Positions 49,657-58,522 of a stretch of DNA of 64,000 bases are shown here, in pieces. The stretch is from an uncultured delta proteobacterium (lineage in GTDB: Bacteria > Myxococcota_A > Polyangia > Polyangiales > B10-G4): NCBI GenBank assembly GCA_963727445.1, contig CAVSGI010000013.1, forward strand, positions 81,316-145,315, written 5' to 3'. The notes under the pieces are model-generated. The model was not told the DNA's origin and ran no database searches. It saw only the letters and a program-made list of their open reading frames with translations. A program made the position numbers and the translations under genes. The number at the start of each line of letters is the position of its first letter. Positions within the stretch are counted from its first letter, which is position 1.

Positions 49657-50238
49657 TCAGAACGCTTCGAGCGCTTCGATGTAGCGCTCGGCGCGTCCCT
49701 TCGCGAGCAGGTCGAGGACGAGCATCGCGAGCGACTGGATCGTCGTCCCGACGCCGATGCCCGTCATCACGTCCTGCTCGGCCGCGAGGCCCAGAGCGAA
49801 GGTGATGGCGCCGGCGATGGCGAGCATGATCTCGGTGGCCTCCAGGAGCTCGAACTCGTGATTCACGGCGAGCATGCGATCGAGCTCCGCCTCTCGGTAG
49901 GCCTCGGGGTCCTCTTCGAGCTGCGCGTCGAGATCGGCGACCTGCCCCGGAGTGCGCGCCCACAGGACCACGCCTGCGGCGAGCTGGATCACGCCGATCG
50001 CGATCAGGGGGATCGCCATCCCGGTGGAGAAGTCCTCCTGCCGCGTGAGCAGGTAGACAGAGGTACCGCCCAGGGCAGCGCCGACGCCGGCGAACGCGAA
50101 GCTCTCGGCGAATTCACCATCGAAGTAGTGGTGCATCGCGGCGCTCATCTGTTGCGCCTCGCAGCGCTCGGGCGCGCACGCAAAGACCAGCGATACGACG
50201 GCCGTGACGACAAGGAGCCCGCGTCGGTAGAAGCGCAA
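49657..50238 (-). CDS. small integral membrane protein (3-4 TM helices)
   Basis: Hydrophobic helices GLLVVTAVVSLVFA, GVGAALGGTSVYLL, MAIPLIAIGVIQLAAGVVLW, IMLAIAGAITFALGLAA. The start is either the TTG at about 50238 (4 nt after the upstream stop) or the ATG at 50148. Confidence 0.45.
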   Translation of the reverse strand: MRFYRRGLLVVTAVVSLVFACAPERCEAQQMSAAMHHYFDGEFAESFAFAGVGAALGGTSVYLLTRQEDFSTGMAIPLIAIGVIQLAAGVVLWARTPGQVADLDAQLEEDPEAYREAELDRMLAVNHEFELLEATEIMLAIAGAITFALGLAAEQDVMTGIGVGTTIQSLAMLVLDLLAKGRAERYIEALEAF

Positions 50239-50242
50239 AGCC

Positions 50243-51064
50243 TCACCGCCTGCGACGAGATCGCGCGCCCAGAGCCACGAACAGGAAGAGCGAAAGCCAG
50301 GCGGCGTCGCCCGCGCCGCGCCCGCCGACGGAGCAGCCACCTGTGACGTCATCTCTGGCGGGCGTCGCGTCGGCGGTCGCGTCGGGTGCGGCCATCGCGT
50401 CGGCCATCGCGCCCGCGTCTGGCGTCGGGCCCGCGTCGGCGGCGCCCGCATCGGCGGCGCCCGCGTCGGCGGCTCCTCCATCCGCTGCACCTCCGTCGGA
50501 GACCCCGCCATCCACCGCGTCCGGCATGGGCGGGACGTAGGTCGCACCCGGCGCCACCCAGGTGATCACCAGGTGCAGATCGGTGGGCGTGTAGCGCGCG
50601 GCGACATCGGCGCCGACGTTGTCGATCGAGGGCTTGTTGTTCATCGTGTCCTTGAGGATCACGGCGATGCGTCCCGAGCCCATGCTCCAGTCGGGCGTGC
50701 CGGGAGACCAGAAGTCCACCACGTCGGTCGACCACTCGTATAGACCGGTGGTCGTATACGTCGGTGACTGCGCGGTGCAGCCGTAGGTCGGCGAGGCCTC
50801 GAAGCACACCTGCATCTTCGTCGGCTCGTCGGTCGGCTTCGTCAGCACCTCCATGTAGAGGTGCACGGTCCCGCTCGCGTAGTCGACGGGACTGGTCAGA
50901 TCCGCCGGCGTCTCCGGCAGCGGGTCCACGCGGTAGTGCGAATCGGGCAGCTCCCCGGTGTGCGTGTAGGTCTGATCGAAGATGACGAACTGCTGCGCCA
51001 GCGCCACCGACGGCTGCAGGGCGAGCGAGACGGCCAGCGCGCCCCAGAGAAAGCGACGATCCAT
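50243..51064 (-). CDS. secreted protein with C-terminal MYXO-CTERM sorting signal
   Basis: Signal MDRRFLWGALAVSLALQPSVALAQQ. C-terminal GGCSVGGRGAGDAAWLSLFLFVALGARSRRRR (Cys + TM + Arg-rich) equals the MYXO-CTERM pattern. Preceded by a (GAADA)n linker. The upstream 190 codons of the ORF-track extension are spurious. Confidence 0.7.
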   Translation of the reverse strand: MDRRFLWGALAVSLALQPSVALAQQFVIFDQTYTHTGELPDSHYRVDPLPETPADLTSPVDYASGTVHLYMEVLTKPTDEPTKMQVCFEASPTYGCTAQSPTYTTTGLYEWSTDVVDFWSPGTPDWSMGSGRIAVILKDTMNNKPSIDNVGADVAARYTPTDLHLVITWVAPGATYVPPMPDAVDGGVSDGGAADGGAADAGAADAGAADAGPTPDAGAMADAMAAPDATADATPARDDVTGGCSVGGRGAGDAAWLSLFLFVALGARSRRRR

Positions 51065-51130
51065 ACCCCATCGTAGCCCGCGAACAGACGCCTGAGAAAC
51101 GCTCGCCATCCGCGTGTTACAAAGCCGCCG

Positions 51131-52004
51131 ATGGACGTCCATCTCCTCGACGGAACCTACGAGCTCTTTCGCGTGTACTACGGCGCGCCGGGGGCGTCGT
51201 CGCCCGATGGCAAAGAGGTCGGCGCGACCCGCGCGCTGCTCCGTTCGTGGGCGTCGTTCCTCTCGGAGGACGGCGTCACCCACGTCGCAGCGGCCTTCGA
51301 CACGAAGATCGAGTCGTTTCGAAACGACCTCTTCGACGGCTACAAGACCGGCGAGGGGATCGATCCGGACCTCTTCGCGCAGTTCCCGATGGCCGAGCGC
51401 GCCTGCAAGGCCCTCGGCATCGTCTGCTGGTCGATGCTCGAGTTCGAAGCCGACGACGCCATCGCTGCCGGCGCCGCGAAGTACGCCGACGACTCGCGCG
51501 TCGGTCGCGTCTACCTCTGCACGCCGGACAAGGACCTCATGCAATGCGTCCGCGGCGAGAAGGTCGTGAGCTGGGATCGGCGCAAAGGCGTGATCTGACG
51601 GCCACGATGGCGTGCGCGAGAAGTTCGGCATCGATCCCGAATCGATCCCGGACTACCTCGCCCTGGTCGGCGACACCGCCGACGGCATCCCCGGCGTCCC
51701 CCGCTGGGGCGCGAAGGGCGCGAGCGCCGTCCTCGCCCACTACAAGCACCTCGACGAGATCCCGGACGACGCCGCCGAGTGGGAGGTGAAGGTCCGCGGC
51801 GCCAAGACCCTCGCCGAAAACCTCGCCTCCATGCGCGAGGAAGCCGCCCTCTACAAGAAGCTCGCCATCCTTCGCACCGACGTCCCCTTGAAGGAGAGCC
51901 TCGACGACCTCGAGTGGAAAGGCGCCGACAAGGACGCGCTCGAGGAGCTCTGCGCCGAGATCGGCGAAAAGAACGTCCCAGCGCGCATCAAGCGTTGGCG
52001 CTGA
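51131..52004 (+). CDS. 5'-3' exonuclease / flap endonuclease (Pol I N-terminal domain-like), split by a frameshift near 51585-51600
   Basis: The PIN-like part ...AAFDTKIESFRNDLFDGYK...LEFEADDAIA... ends at ...VVSWDRRKGVI*. The H3TH part VREKFGIDPESIPDYLALVGDTADGIPGVPRWGAKGA continues in the next frame. Removing 1 nt restores KGVIDGHDGVREKFGIDP. Confidence 0.7.
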
Positions 52005-52131
52005 GGCGCGGACAGCTGTCGGGGCGCCGCCTTTACTGCGTTCGACCCGATCTCTTTAGATTCGGCATGCAGAAAAAAGTCCACACCCAGAAGCGGGCTC
52101 GTGCGTCTGAGCGCTGCTACCGTAGGGACCC

Positions 52132-52896
52132 GTGAGCGGCGACGACACCGACATCGGAGGCAGGCGCGCAGCCTTTCCGGAGACACCGGCGTCGGCGGTG
52201 CTCGCCGCGCGGAGCGACGATCCCATGGCGCGCGCGCGCGGCTTCTCGTCCCTGGTGTCGGCGTACTGGAAGCCGGTCTACAAGTGCATCCGGATCCGCT
52301 TCCGAAAGAACAACGAAGAGGCGAAAGACCTCACCCAGTCCTTCTTCACGCACGCCCTCGAGCGCGAGATCTTCCGGAGCTACGATCCGGAGCGGGCGAG
52401 CTTCCGCGCCTTCGTCCGCACTTGCCTTTCGAACTACGTGCGCACCTCGGATCAGGCCGAGCGGCGCATCAAGCGAGGCGGGGGCGCGGTCAAGCTCAGC
52501 CTGGACTTCGACGCCGCCGAGAGCGAGCTGCTCGCCGCCAAAGCGTCGCCGGCGGCGAGCTTCGAGGAGGAGTTCGACCGCGAGATGGCGCGGGCCCTCG
52601 AGTCGAGCGCCGTCGAAGAGCTCGAGGAGCGCCTTCAGAGCCGCGGCAAGCCGCTCTACTTCCAGATCTTCGCGCGCTACGACCTCGCCGACGAGGACGA
52701 AGAGCGGCCGACCTACAAGGACCTCGCCGAGGAGCTCGGCATCAAGACGACCGACGTGACCAACCACCTCGCGTCCGCCAGACGGCAGCTCCGCACCATC
52801 GTGCTCCGGCGCCTGCGCGAGATCACCGCGAGCGAGGACGAGTATCGCATCGAAGCGCAGAGCCTCTTGGGGATCGATCCAGGGGCGGCAATCTGA
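52132..52896 (+). CDS. ECF-type RNA polymerase sigma factor
   Basis: Region 2-like SFFTHALER and region 4 HTH YKDLAEELGIKTTDVTNHLASARRQLR. The start could be an internal Met (MARARGF...). Confidence 0.7.
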   Translation: MSGDDTDIGGRRAAFPETPASAVLAARSDDPMARARGFSSLVSAYWKPVYKCIRIRFRKNNEEAKDLTQSFFTHALEREIFRSYDPERASFRAFVRTCLSNYVRTSDQAERRIKRGGGAVKLSLDFDAAESELLAAKASPAASFEEEFDREMARALESSAVEELEERLQSRGKPLYFQIFARYDLADEDEERPTYKDLAEELGIKTTDVTNHLASARRQLRTIVLRRLREITASEDEYRIEAQSLLGIDPGAAI

Positions 52897-52898
52897 GG

Positions 52899-54305
52899 AT
52901 GGACGATCTCCTCCCCCTCTCACTGCTCCTGCTCGCGCTCGCATGTGCGGCCTGCGACGGCGGCTCCGGGAGCTGCGACCCGGAAGCTCTGCGCGCGCGC
53001 CTGGCCGCCGCTGCGCCGGGCGACACCGTCACCCTCGAAGGCGAGTGCACCGTCGCTGGTCCGCTCGAGATCCCCGCCGGCGTGACCCTCTCCGGCTCCG
53101 AGCGGACCGTGGTCAGCGCCGCCGTGAACGACCACGCGCTGGTCCTCCTCCCCAGCCCCGACGCTTCGACGCCGACCGCGGCGGTCGGTCTGGTCGCGGC
53201 GAGCGACGGTGGCTGCGCGGCGATCCTCGCCGACGGCGCGGGCGCTGTCGCCATCCGCGACGTCACCATCCGCGCCACGACGGGCGTCGGCCTCGCCATT
53301 CAGGGTGCCTCGTCGGTCGTGATCGACGGCGTCACTTGCGAAGGCCCAGTCGCCGCCGACGACGCGGACAGCACCGTCGCACCCACGCCCCCCTTCACCT
53401 GCGGCAGCAGCGACATCGCCACCCACGGCCTGGTGCTGGTCGACGTGGGGGACGCTTCCGTCACCGACACGTCCGTCTCGGGCTTCGGCCGCTTCGGCGT
53501 CCTCTCCATCCGCACCGCGCTCACGGCGTCGATGCTCGACGTGCACGACAACCTCGGCGCCGGTCTCGAGATCTGGGATGGAAGCGCCACGCTGACGACC
53601 GTGAACGTCGACGCCACGCGCGACGGCCTGAGCGCGGTCGAAGTCTACGGCACCCTCCTCGGCGGCGGCGCGGTCGTCGACGCCACCGACCTCGTCGTCA
53701 CCGGCGGCGACGGCTACGGCGTCTTCGCCGATGGCGCGATGGCGACCCTCGAGACGCTCACCTCGACGGACAATGCCTTCGCCGGTGTCTGGGCGCAGCA
53801 CACCGACGGCTTCACGGTTTCCGGCAGCGGAACGATGATCGCGAACAACGCCTTCGCCGGCGTCGCCCTCCTCGACTCGACCGCGGCCGCGATCTCCGAC
53901 GCGACCATCCGCGAGACGGCTGAGGGCATCGCGATCAACGGGCTGGGCACGGTGATGGCTGCCGACGGCGTTCATCTCTCCGCCAGCGACGCGACCCTCG
54001 CTTCCCTCTCACTCGTCGACAACGTCCGCGTCGGTGCCGTCCTCGACCTCGACGGCGCGAGCACCGACCGCTTGTCGATCACGGGCGTGACCGTCGACGC
54101 CTCGGGCAGCGCCTACGGCGTCGTCGCTCAGGACGGCACGCTCGTCGACGGATGGGACGACGGCGTGATGCGCCTCGGTGACACCCCGGCCAACGACGCG
54201 GCCTTCTCCGAGGCCCTCGGGATCGCCGCCGGGGTCGGCCCGCCCTGCCTGCCCCCCATCGACGGCCTCGACACGGGCGGAATCGCAGCGCTCGTGGGGC
54301 TGTGA
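52899..54305 (+). CDS. lipoprotein with parallel beta-helix repeats
   Basis: The ATG is 2 nt after the sigma-factor stop (TGAGGATGG). Lipobox LLLLALACAAC. Repetitive beta-helix-type segments. Confidence 0.65.
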   Translation: MDDLLPLSLLLLALACAACDGGSGSCDPEALRARLAAAAPGDTVTLEGECTVAGPLEIPAGVTLSGSERTVVSAAVNDHALVLLPSPDASTPTAAVGLVAASDGGCAAILADGAGAVAIRDVTIRATTGVGLAIQGASSVVIDGVTCEGPVAADDADSTVAPTPPFTCGSSDIATHGLVLVDVGDASVTDTSVSGFGRFGVLSIRTALTASMLDVHDNLGAGLEIWDGSATLTTVNVDATRDGLSAVEVYGTLLGGGAVVDATDLVVTGGDGYGVFADGAMATLETLTSTDNAFAGVWAQHTDGFTVSGSGTMIANNAFAGVALLDSTAAAISDATIRETAEGIAINGLGTVMAADGVHLSASDATLASLSLVDNVRVGAVLDLDGASTDRLSITGVTVDASGSAYGVVAQDGTLVDGWDDGVMRLGDTPANDAAFSEALGIAAGVGPPCLPPIDGLDTGGIAALVGL

Positions 54306-54369
54306 CGTTGCTCTCAGGTCGCGGCCCCAGCTTGGATGCGCCGCGCCCGCAGCGTAGAATGGACGCGCA

Positions 54370-56022
54370 GTGCTTCGTTCGCTCCTCGCTTGTTCGGTGT
54401 GTGTGCTCGTGGCGGCGTGTGCACCGAGCCCCACGCAACTGATCGTCGTCGTCGACACCGACTTCTCGGTTCCGAGCGAGCTCGACGCGATACACATCCA
54501 CGTCGTCGGCCCGGCCGACATGCCCGCCGACACCGACACCGCGCTCGCCGGCGCGGGCGCCCCCACGCTGCCTCTGACCCTCGGACTGTCTCCGGCGGGC
54601 GACGCGCTCGGGCCGGTCGACGTCACGGTCACCGGAAAGCTCGCCGGTGCGGACGTCATCACGCGCCGCGCGCGCGCAACCGCGGTGCGAGGCGAGACCC
54701 GCGTGCTCAAGATCTTCCTCCTGCGCGCCTGTGCTGGCGTCACTTGCGGCATGGAGGAGAGCTGTGGCGAGGAAGGCTGCGCGAGCATCGACGTGCCGGT
54801 TTCGGACCTGCCCGAGTGGACCGGTACGCCGCCTACCATCGACGGAGGGGTCCAGACGGACGGCGGCGCGGACGGCGGTGTCGACGCCGATGCGGGGCCC
54901 GAGTGCACGGCCGACACCGATTGCGACGACGGCATGTACTGCAACGGCCCCGAGACCTGCGTCGTCGGAGAGTGCGCGCCGGGGGTGGCTCCGACGTGTG
55001 ATGACGGCGTGACCTGCACGACGGATAGCTGTGACGAGGACGCCGACGGGTGCCTGTTCGTGCCGAACGACGACTCGTGCACCGTGGCCCCCGGCGGGAG
55101 CTGCGACGCGACCAACGACTGCCAATACCCGGTCTGTGACGACTCGACGTGCACCGCGGGGCCCTGTCAGACCGCCATGTGCATGGGCGACACCTGCATC
55201 CGCACCCTCTCCTGCGCGAGCGACGAGATGTGCTGCGGCGGCGCGTGCGTACCCAGCGGCTGCGACGACGGCAACCCCTGCACCGACGACAGCTGCGGCG
55301 CGAGCGGGTGCGATCACGCCAACAACGCGAACCCCTGCGACGACGGCAACCTGTGCACGAACAGCGACCGATGCTCCGGAGGCGCGTGCACGGCGGGCAG
55401 CATGCGGTCGTGCAACGACGGCAACCCCTGCACGGACGACGGCTGCGATCCCATGACGGGCTGCACGACCAGAAACAACATGGCGTCATGTGACGACATG
55501 AACCCCTGCACCATGGGGGACGCGTGCTCCGGCGGGAGCTGCTCGGGCTCGCCGCGCACGTGCAACGACATGAACCCGTGCACCGACGACAGCTGCAATC
55601 CCTCGAGCGGCTGCGTGTTCTCCAACAACACGCGCACCTGCGACGACGGCGACGCGTGCACGACCGGAGAGCGTTGCTCGGGTGGCTCGTGTATGGGCGG
55701 CACGACGACGTCTTGTGACGACATGAATCCGTGCACGGCCGACTCCTGCTCGATCATGGGGTGCCAGCACGTGAACGTCGCCGAGGGTACGCCCTGCGGT
55801 CCGGCCCCGATCGGTAGCCCCTGCGACCTTCAGGACACCTGCAGCGCCGGCGCGTGCGTCGACCGCAGGGCCCCCGTCACCACGTCGTGCTCGCCCGGGC
55901 AGCCCTACTGCAACGCGAGGTGCACGGACTGTTACGAATACGACTGCACGATGCTCTCGTACTTCTGCGCGCCCGACTGCTTCACGGTCGGCGGCATGGA
56001 CGTGTGGTGCGACTGCCCGTGA
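54370..56022 (+). CDS. lipoprotein with myxobacterial Cys-rich (DUF4215-like) repeats
   Basis: Lipobox CVLVAAC. At least 7 tandem repeats of about 40 aa, C-[ND]-D-G-N-P-C-T-x-D-x-C-x(4-6)-G-C... (CDDGNPCTDDSCGASGCDHANN, CNDGNPCTDDGCDPMTGC, CDDMNPCTMGDACSGGSC...). Confidence 0.8.
   Translation: MLRSLLACSVCVLVAACAPSPTQLIVVVDTDFSVPSELDAIHIHVVGPADMPADTDTALAGAGAPTLPLTLGLSPAGDALGPVDVTVTGKLAGADVITRRARATAVRGETRVLKIFLLRACAGVTCGMEESCGEEGCASIDVPVSDLPEWTGTPPTIDGGVQTDGGADGGVDADAGPECTADTDCDDGMYCNGPETCVVGECAPGVAPTCDDGVTCTTDSCDEDADGCLFVPNDDSCTVAPGGSCDATNDCQYPVCDDSTCTAGPCQTAMCMGDTCIRTLSCASDEMCCGGACVPSGCDDGNPCTDDSCGASGCDHANNANPCDDGNLCTNSDRCSGGACTAGSMRSCNDGNPCTDDGCDPMTGCTTRNNMASCDDMNPCTMGDACSGGSCSGSPRTCNDMNPCTDDSCNPSSGCVFSNNTRTCDDGDACTTGERCSGGSCMGGTTTSCDDMNPCTADSCSIMGCQHVNVAEGTPCGPAPIGSPCDLQDTCSAGACVDRRAPVTTSCSPGQPYCNARCTDCYEYDCTMLSYFCAPDCFTVGGMDVWCDCP
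54925..55810 (+). repeat. array of about 120-nt coding repeats (Cys-rich repeat units)
   Basis: Protein-level periodicity seen directly in the sequence. The nucleotide copies have diverged. Confidence 0.6.
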
Positions 56023-57692
56023 ATTCGCGCTGGACGTGTGTGCTCTGCGTGATGTTCACGGCGTGCACGGGCGGGCCAGAGGTGGATGCGACTACGCTGC
56101 GTGCCGTCGCCTCTCCACAGACGGTGGGGCCGAGGCGCTGCGGCGGCGACGGCGTGCCGATCTTCGTGGAGTCCGCGGCGGAGCTCGGCGTCGACTTCTT
56201 CGCGCCTCTGCCGGCCGAGCCGGTCGCGGAGTATCGCGACCGTCACGTGGGGGGCGGCGCGGCCGTGATCGACGTGACCGGAGACGACTGGCCCGACCTC
56301 GTCTTCACCGCCGTCCACGGCGCCCCCGCGCTCTTCGTCGCGCTCGGCGACGGCCACTTCGAGAGGCGCACGGACGCCGGTTTCGAGTCGCTCCCCCACA
56401 CGCTGAGCGCCTACGCGGTGGACCTCGACGACGACGGCTTGCGCGACGTCGTGCTCACGAGCTGGGAAGGCGTCTATCCATTCCACAATCTCGGTGACGG
56501 GCACTTCGAGGCGCGCGATCCGATCTACCTGGCCCAGCCCGACGAGCGCCCCACTTTCCTTTCGTGGACCGACTACGACGGCGACGGATTCGTCGATGCA
56601 TACCTCGGCATCGGCCCGCCGTGCTTTCAATCGGGTCCCCACGAGCAGTGCCACGCCGAAGATCGCCTGCTGCGCGGGCTCGGCAATTTCGCATTCGCCG
56701 ACGAGTCGGCGCTCCTCGGCACGCCGGAGGATCGCGGGGGCCTGGCGCTCACGGGCGGGTGGATGGACCTCGACCGCGACGGCGACCTCGACATGCTCGT
56801 CGGCAACGACTCCGGCGCGTTCATCACGCCCAACCGGGTCTTCGCAAACCCCGGTTCGAGCGTCGAGGCGCCCTTCGACGAGTGCTCGAACGATCTCGGG
56901 CTCGCCGTGGGCATGGCCGCGATGGGCGCGGCGTTCGGCGACGTCGACGGCGACGGCGGGCGCACGCTCGTCGTCAGTCACACTCGCCACCTGAAGGTCT
57001 TCGAGTCCTCGCCCGATAGCTCGACCTACGTCGAGAGAGAGCTCTTGCCCGGATTCGACCCCGAAGCGCTCGGCGACCTGTACCTCGCGGCGGGCTGGGG
57101 CGTCGAGCTGGAGGACGTCGATCACGACGGGGATCGCGACCTGCTCGCCGCGTTCAGCTGGCTCCTGCCCGGGTGGTGGTGGACGCGCAGCCGAGACGAA
57201 GCCGATCTGGCGGTGGCCGCCAAGCCCCTGCCGAACCAGCTCTGGCTCCGCGAGGACGGCGGCTTCGTCAACTGGTCCTGGTCCGTGGACCACAGCATGG
57301 TGTCCTGGAACTGGCGGAACATGCTCCCGGTCGACATCGATCGCGACGGTACCCTCGACCTCGTGGTGACGAGCCAGATGGGTCCGGTCTCGATTCAGCT
57401 CGGCCGTTGCGTGACGGGTGGCTGGCTCGAGGTGGGCCTGCATCAACGCGGGGGCAACACGGATGCACTCGGGGCGATGGTCTCGATCGACAGCCCGCTC
57501 GGCACGCAGTGGCGCCGCATCGGCCACGGCAGCGACGGCGCCCACTCGGGGCGCGAGCCGGTCGCGCACTTCGGTCTCGGTGACGATCGAGGTGCCGAGG
57601 TACACGTGATCTGGCCGGATGGGGAGTCGCTCGATGTCGGGATGGTGGAGGCGAACCAGCGTATCGTCGTCGACAGGGAGCCTTTGCCATGA
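56019..57692 (+). CDS. FG-GAP/VCBS-repeat lipoprotein with C-terminal ASPIC/UnbV domain
   Basis: The GTG start overlaps the upstream TGA (GTGA). Lipobox VLCVMFTAC. FG-GAP-like DxDxDG repeats (VDLDDDGLRDVV, TDYDGDGFVD, MDLDRDGDLDM, GDVDGDGGRTL, DIDRDGTLDL). C-terminus RIGHGSDGAHSGREPVAHFGLGDDRGAEVHVIWPDG equals the UnbV_ASPIC signature. Confidence 0.75.
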   Translation: MNSRWTCVLCVMFTACTGGPEVDATTLRAVASPQTVGPRRCGGDGVPIFVESAAELGVDFFAPLPAEPVAEYRDRHVGGGAAVIDVTGDDWPDLVFTAVHGAPALFVALGDGHFERRTDAGFESLPHTLSAYAVDLDDDGLRDVVLTSWEGVYPFHNLGDGHFEARDPIYLAQPDERPTFLSWTDYDGDGFVDAYLGIGPPCFQSGPHEQCHAEDRLLRGLGNFAFADESALLGTPEDRGGLALTGGWMDLDRDGDLDMLVGNDSGAFITPNRVFANPGSSVEAPFDECSNDLGLAVGMAAMGAAFGDVDGDGGRTLVVSHTRHLKVFESSPDSSTYVERELLPGFDPEALGDLYLAAGWGVELEDVDHDGDRDLLAAFSWLLPGWWWTRSRDEADLAVAAKPLPNQLWLREDGGFVNWSWSVDHSMVSWNWRNMLPVDIDRDGTLDLVVTSQMGPVSIQLGRCVTGGWLEVGLHQRGGNTDALGAMVSIDSPLGTQWRRIGHGSDGAHSGREPVAHFGLGDDRGAEVHVIWPDGESLDVGMVEANQRIVVDREPLP

Positions 57693-58516
57693 TCGCTCTG
57701 CCCCGTCGAATCGCCGCGCTCGCCCTCGTAGCTTCCGCGCTCTTCGCCCAACCCGCCCTCGCCCAACAACCGACCCAGAGCGAGATGGCGGTGGCCCGCC
57801 GGCTCTTCCGTACGGGGCTCGAGGCGGCACGCGCGGGACGATGGGAGGACGCGCGGAACGACTTCGAGCGTTCGTACCGCGTGGCCGCCGTCCCCACGAC
57901 GCTGCTCAACCTCGCGGGTGCTCAGGTCGAGACCGGCCAGCTCGTCGCCGGCATGGAGAGCTACCAGCGTTTCCTCTCGCGCGCGACGAGCGGGCGCGCC
58001 GTGTCGTATCGCGAGCAGGCCGAAGAGGCGCTCGAGGCGGTGCAGCGCCGCGTCCCGCGCGTGACGATCCACGCACCGAGCATCGAGGACGGCGATCAGC
58101 TGCGGATCGATGGAGAGTCGATCTCGACAGCGGTGCTCGACACCGAGCTTCCGCTCGATCCCGGAGCACACCAGATCGTACTGGTGCGTGACGGGGCCGA
58201 GGTGGCTCGCGAGGACGTGTCGCTGGACGAGGGCGAAGAGGAGACTGTACGTCTCGAGGCACGTGCGGCGCCCTCCCTCGACGTCACGGAGGGCGGGTTC
58301 GAGGACGATGATGACGCGAACCTGCTCGTCAGCGACCAGGAAGCCGGCGAGGACGACGAAGGCGGAGGCGTGCTCTCCTCCCCCTGGCTCTGGTTGGGCG
58401 TGGGCGCCGTGGTCGTGGGCGGCGTGCTCGCCGCGATCCTGATCGCGACCGCCGGCGGCGGCAACGGCGGTGACCTGTACTCGGGCAACGTCGACCCCGG
58501 TCACCTCACGTACTGA
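57689..58516 (+). CDS. secreted TPR-like/PEGA-domain single-pass membrane protein (paralogue of 35690-36451)
   Basis: The ATG overlaps the upstream TGA (ATGA). Signal peptide, TPR-like helices, PEGA-like HQIVLVRDGAEVAREDVSLDEGEEETVRLE, TM helix LWLGVGAVVVGGVLAAILIA. Confidence 0.6.
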   Translation: MIALPRRIAALALVASALFAQPALAQQPTQSEMAVARRLFRTGLEAARAGRWEDARNDFERSYRVAAVPTTLLNLAGAQVETGQLVAGMESYQRFLSRATSGRAVSYREQAEEALEAVQRRVPRVTIHAPSIEDGDQLRIDGESISTAVLDTELPLDPGAHQIVLVRDGAEVAREDVSLDEGEEETVRLEARAAPSLDVTEGGFEDDDDANLLVSDQEAGEDDEGGGVLSSPWLWLGVGAVVVGGVLAAILIATAGGGNGGDLYSGNVDPGHLTY

Positions 58517-58522
58517 ATCGAG

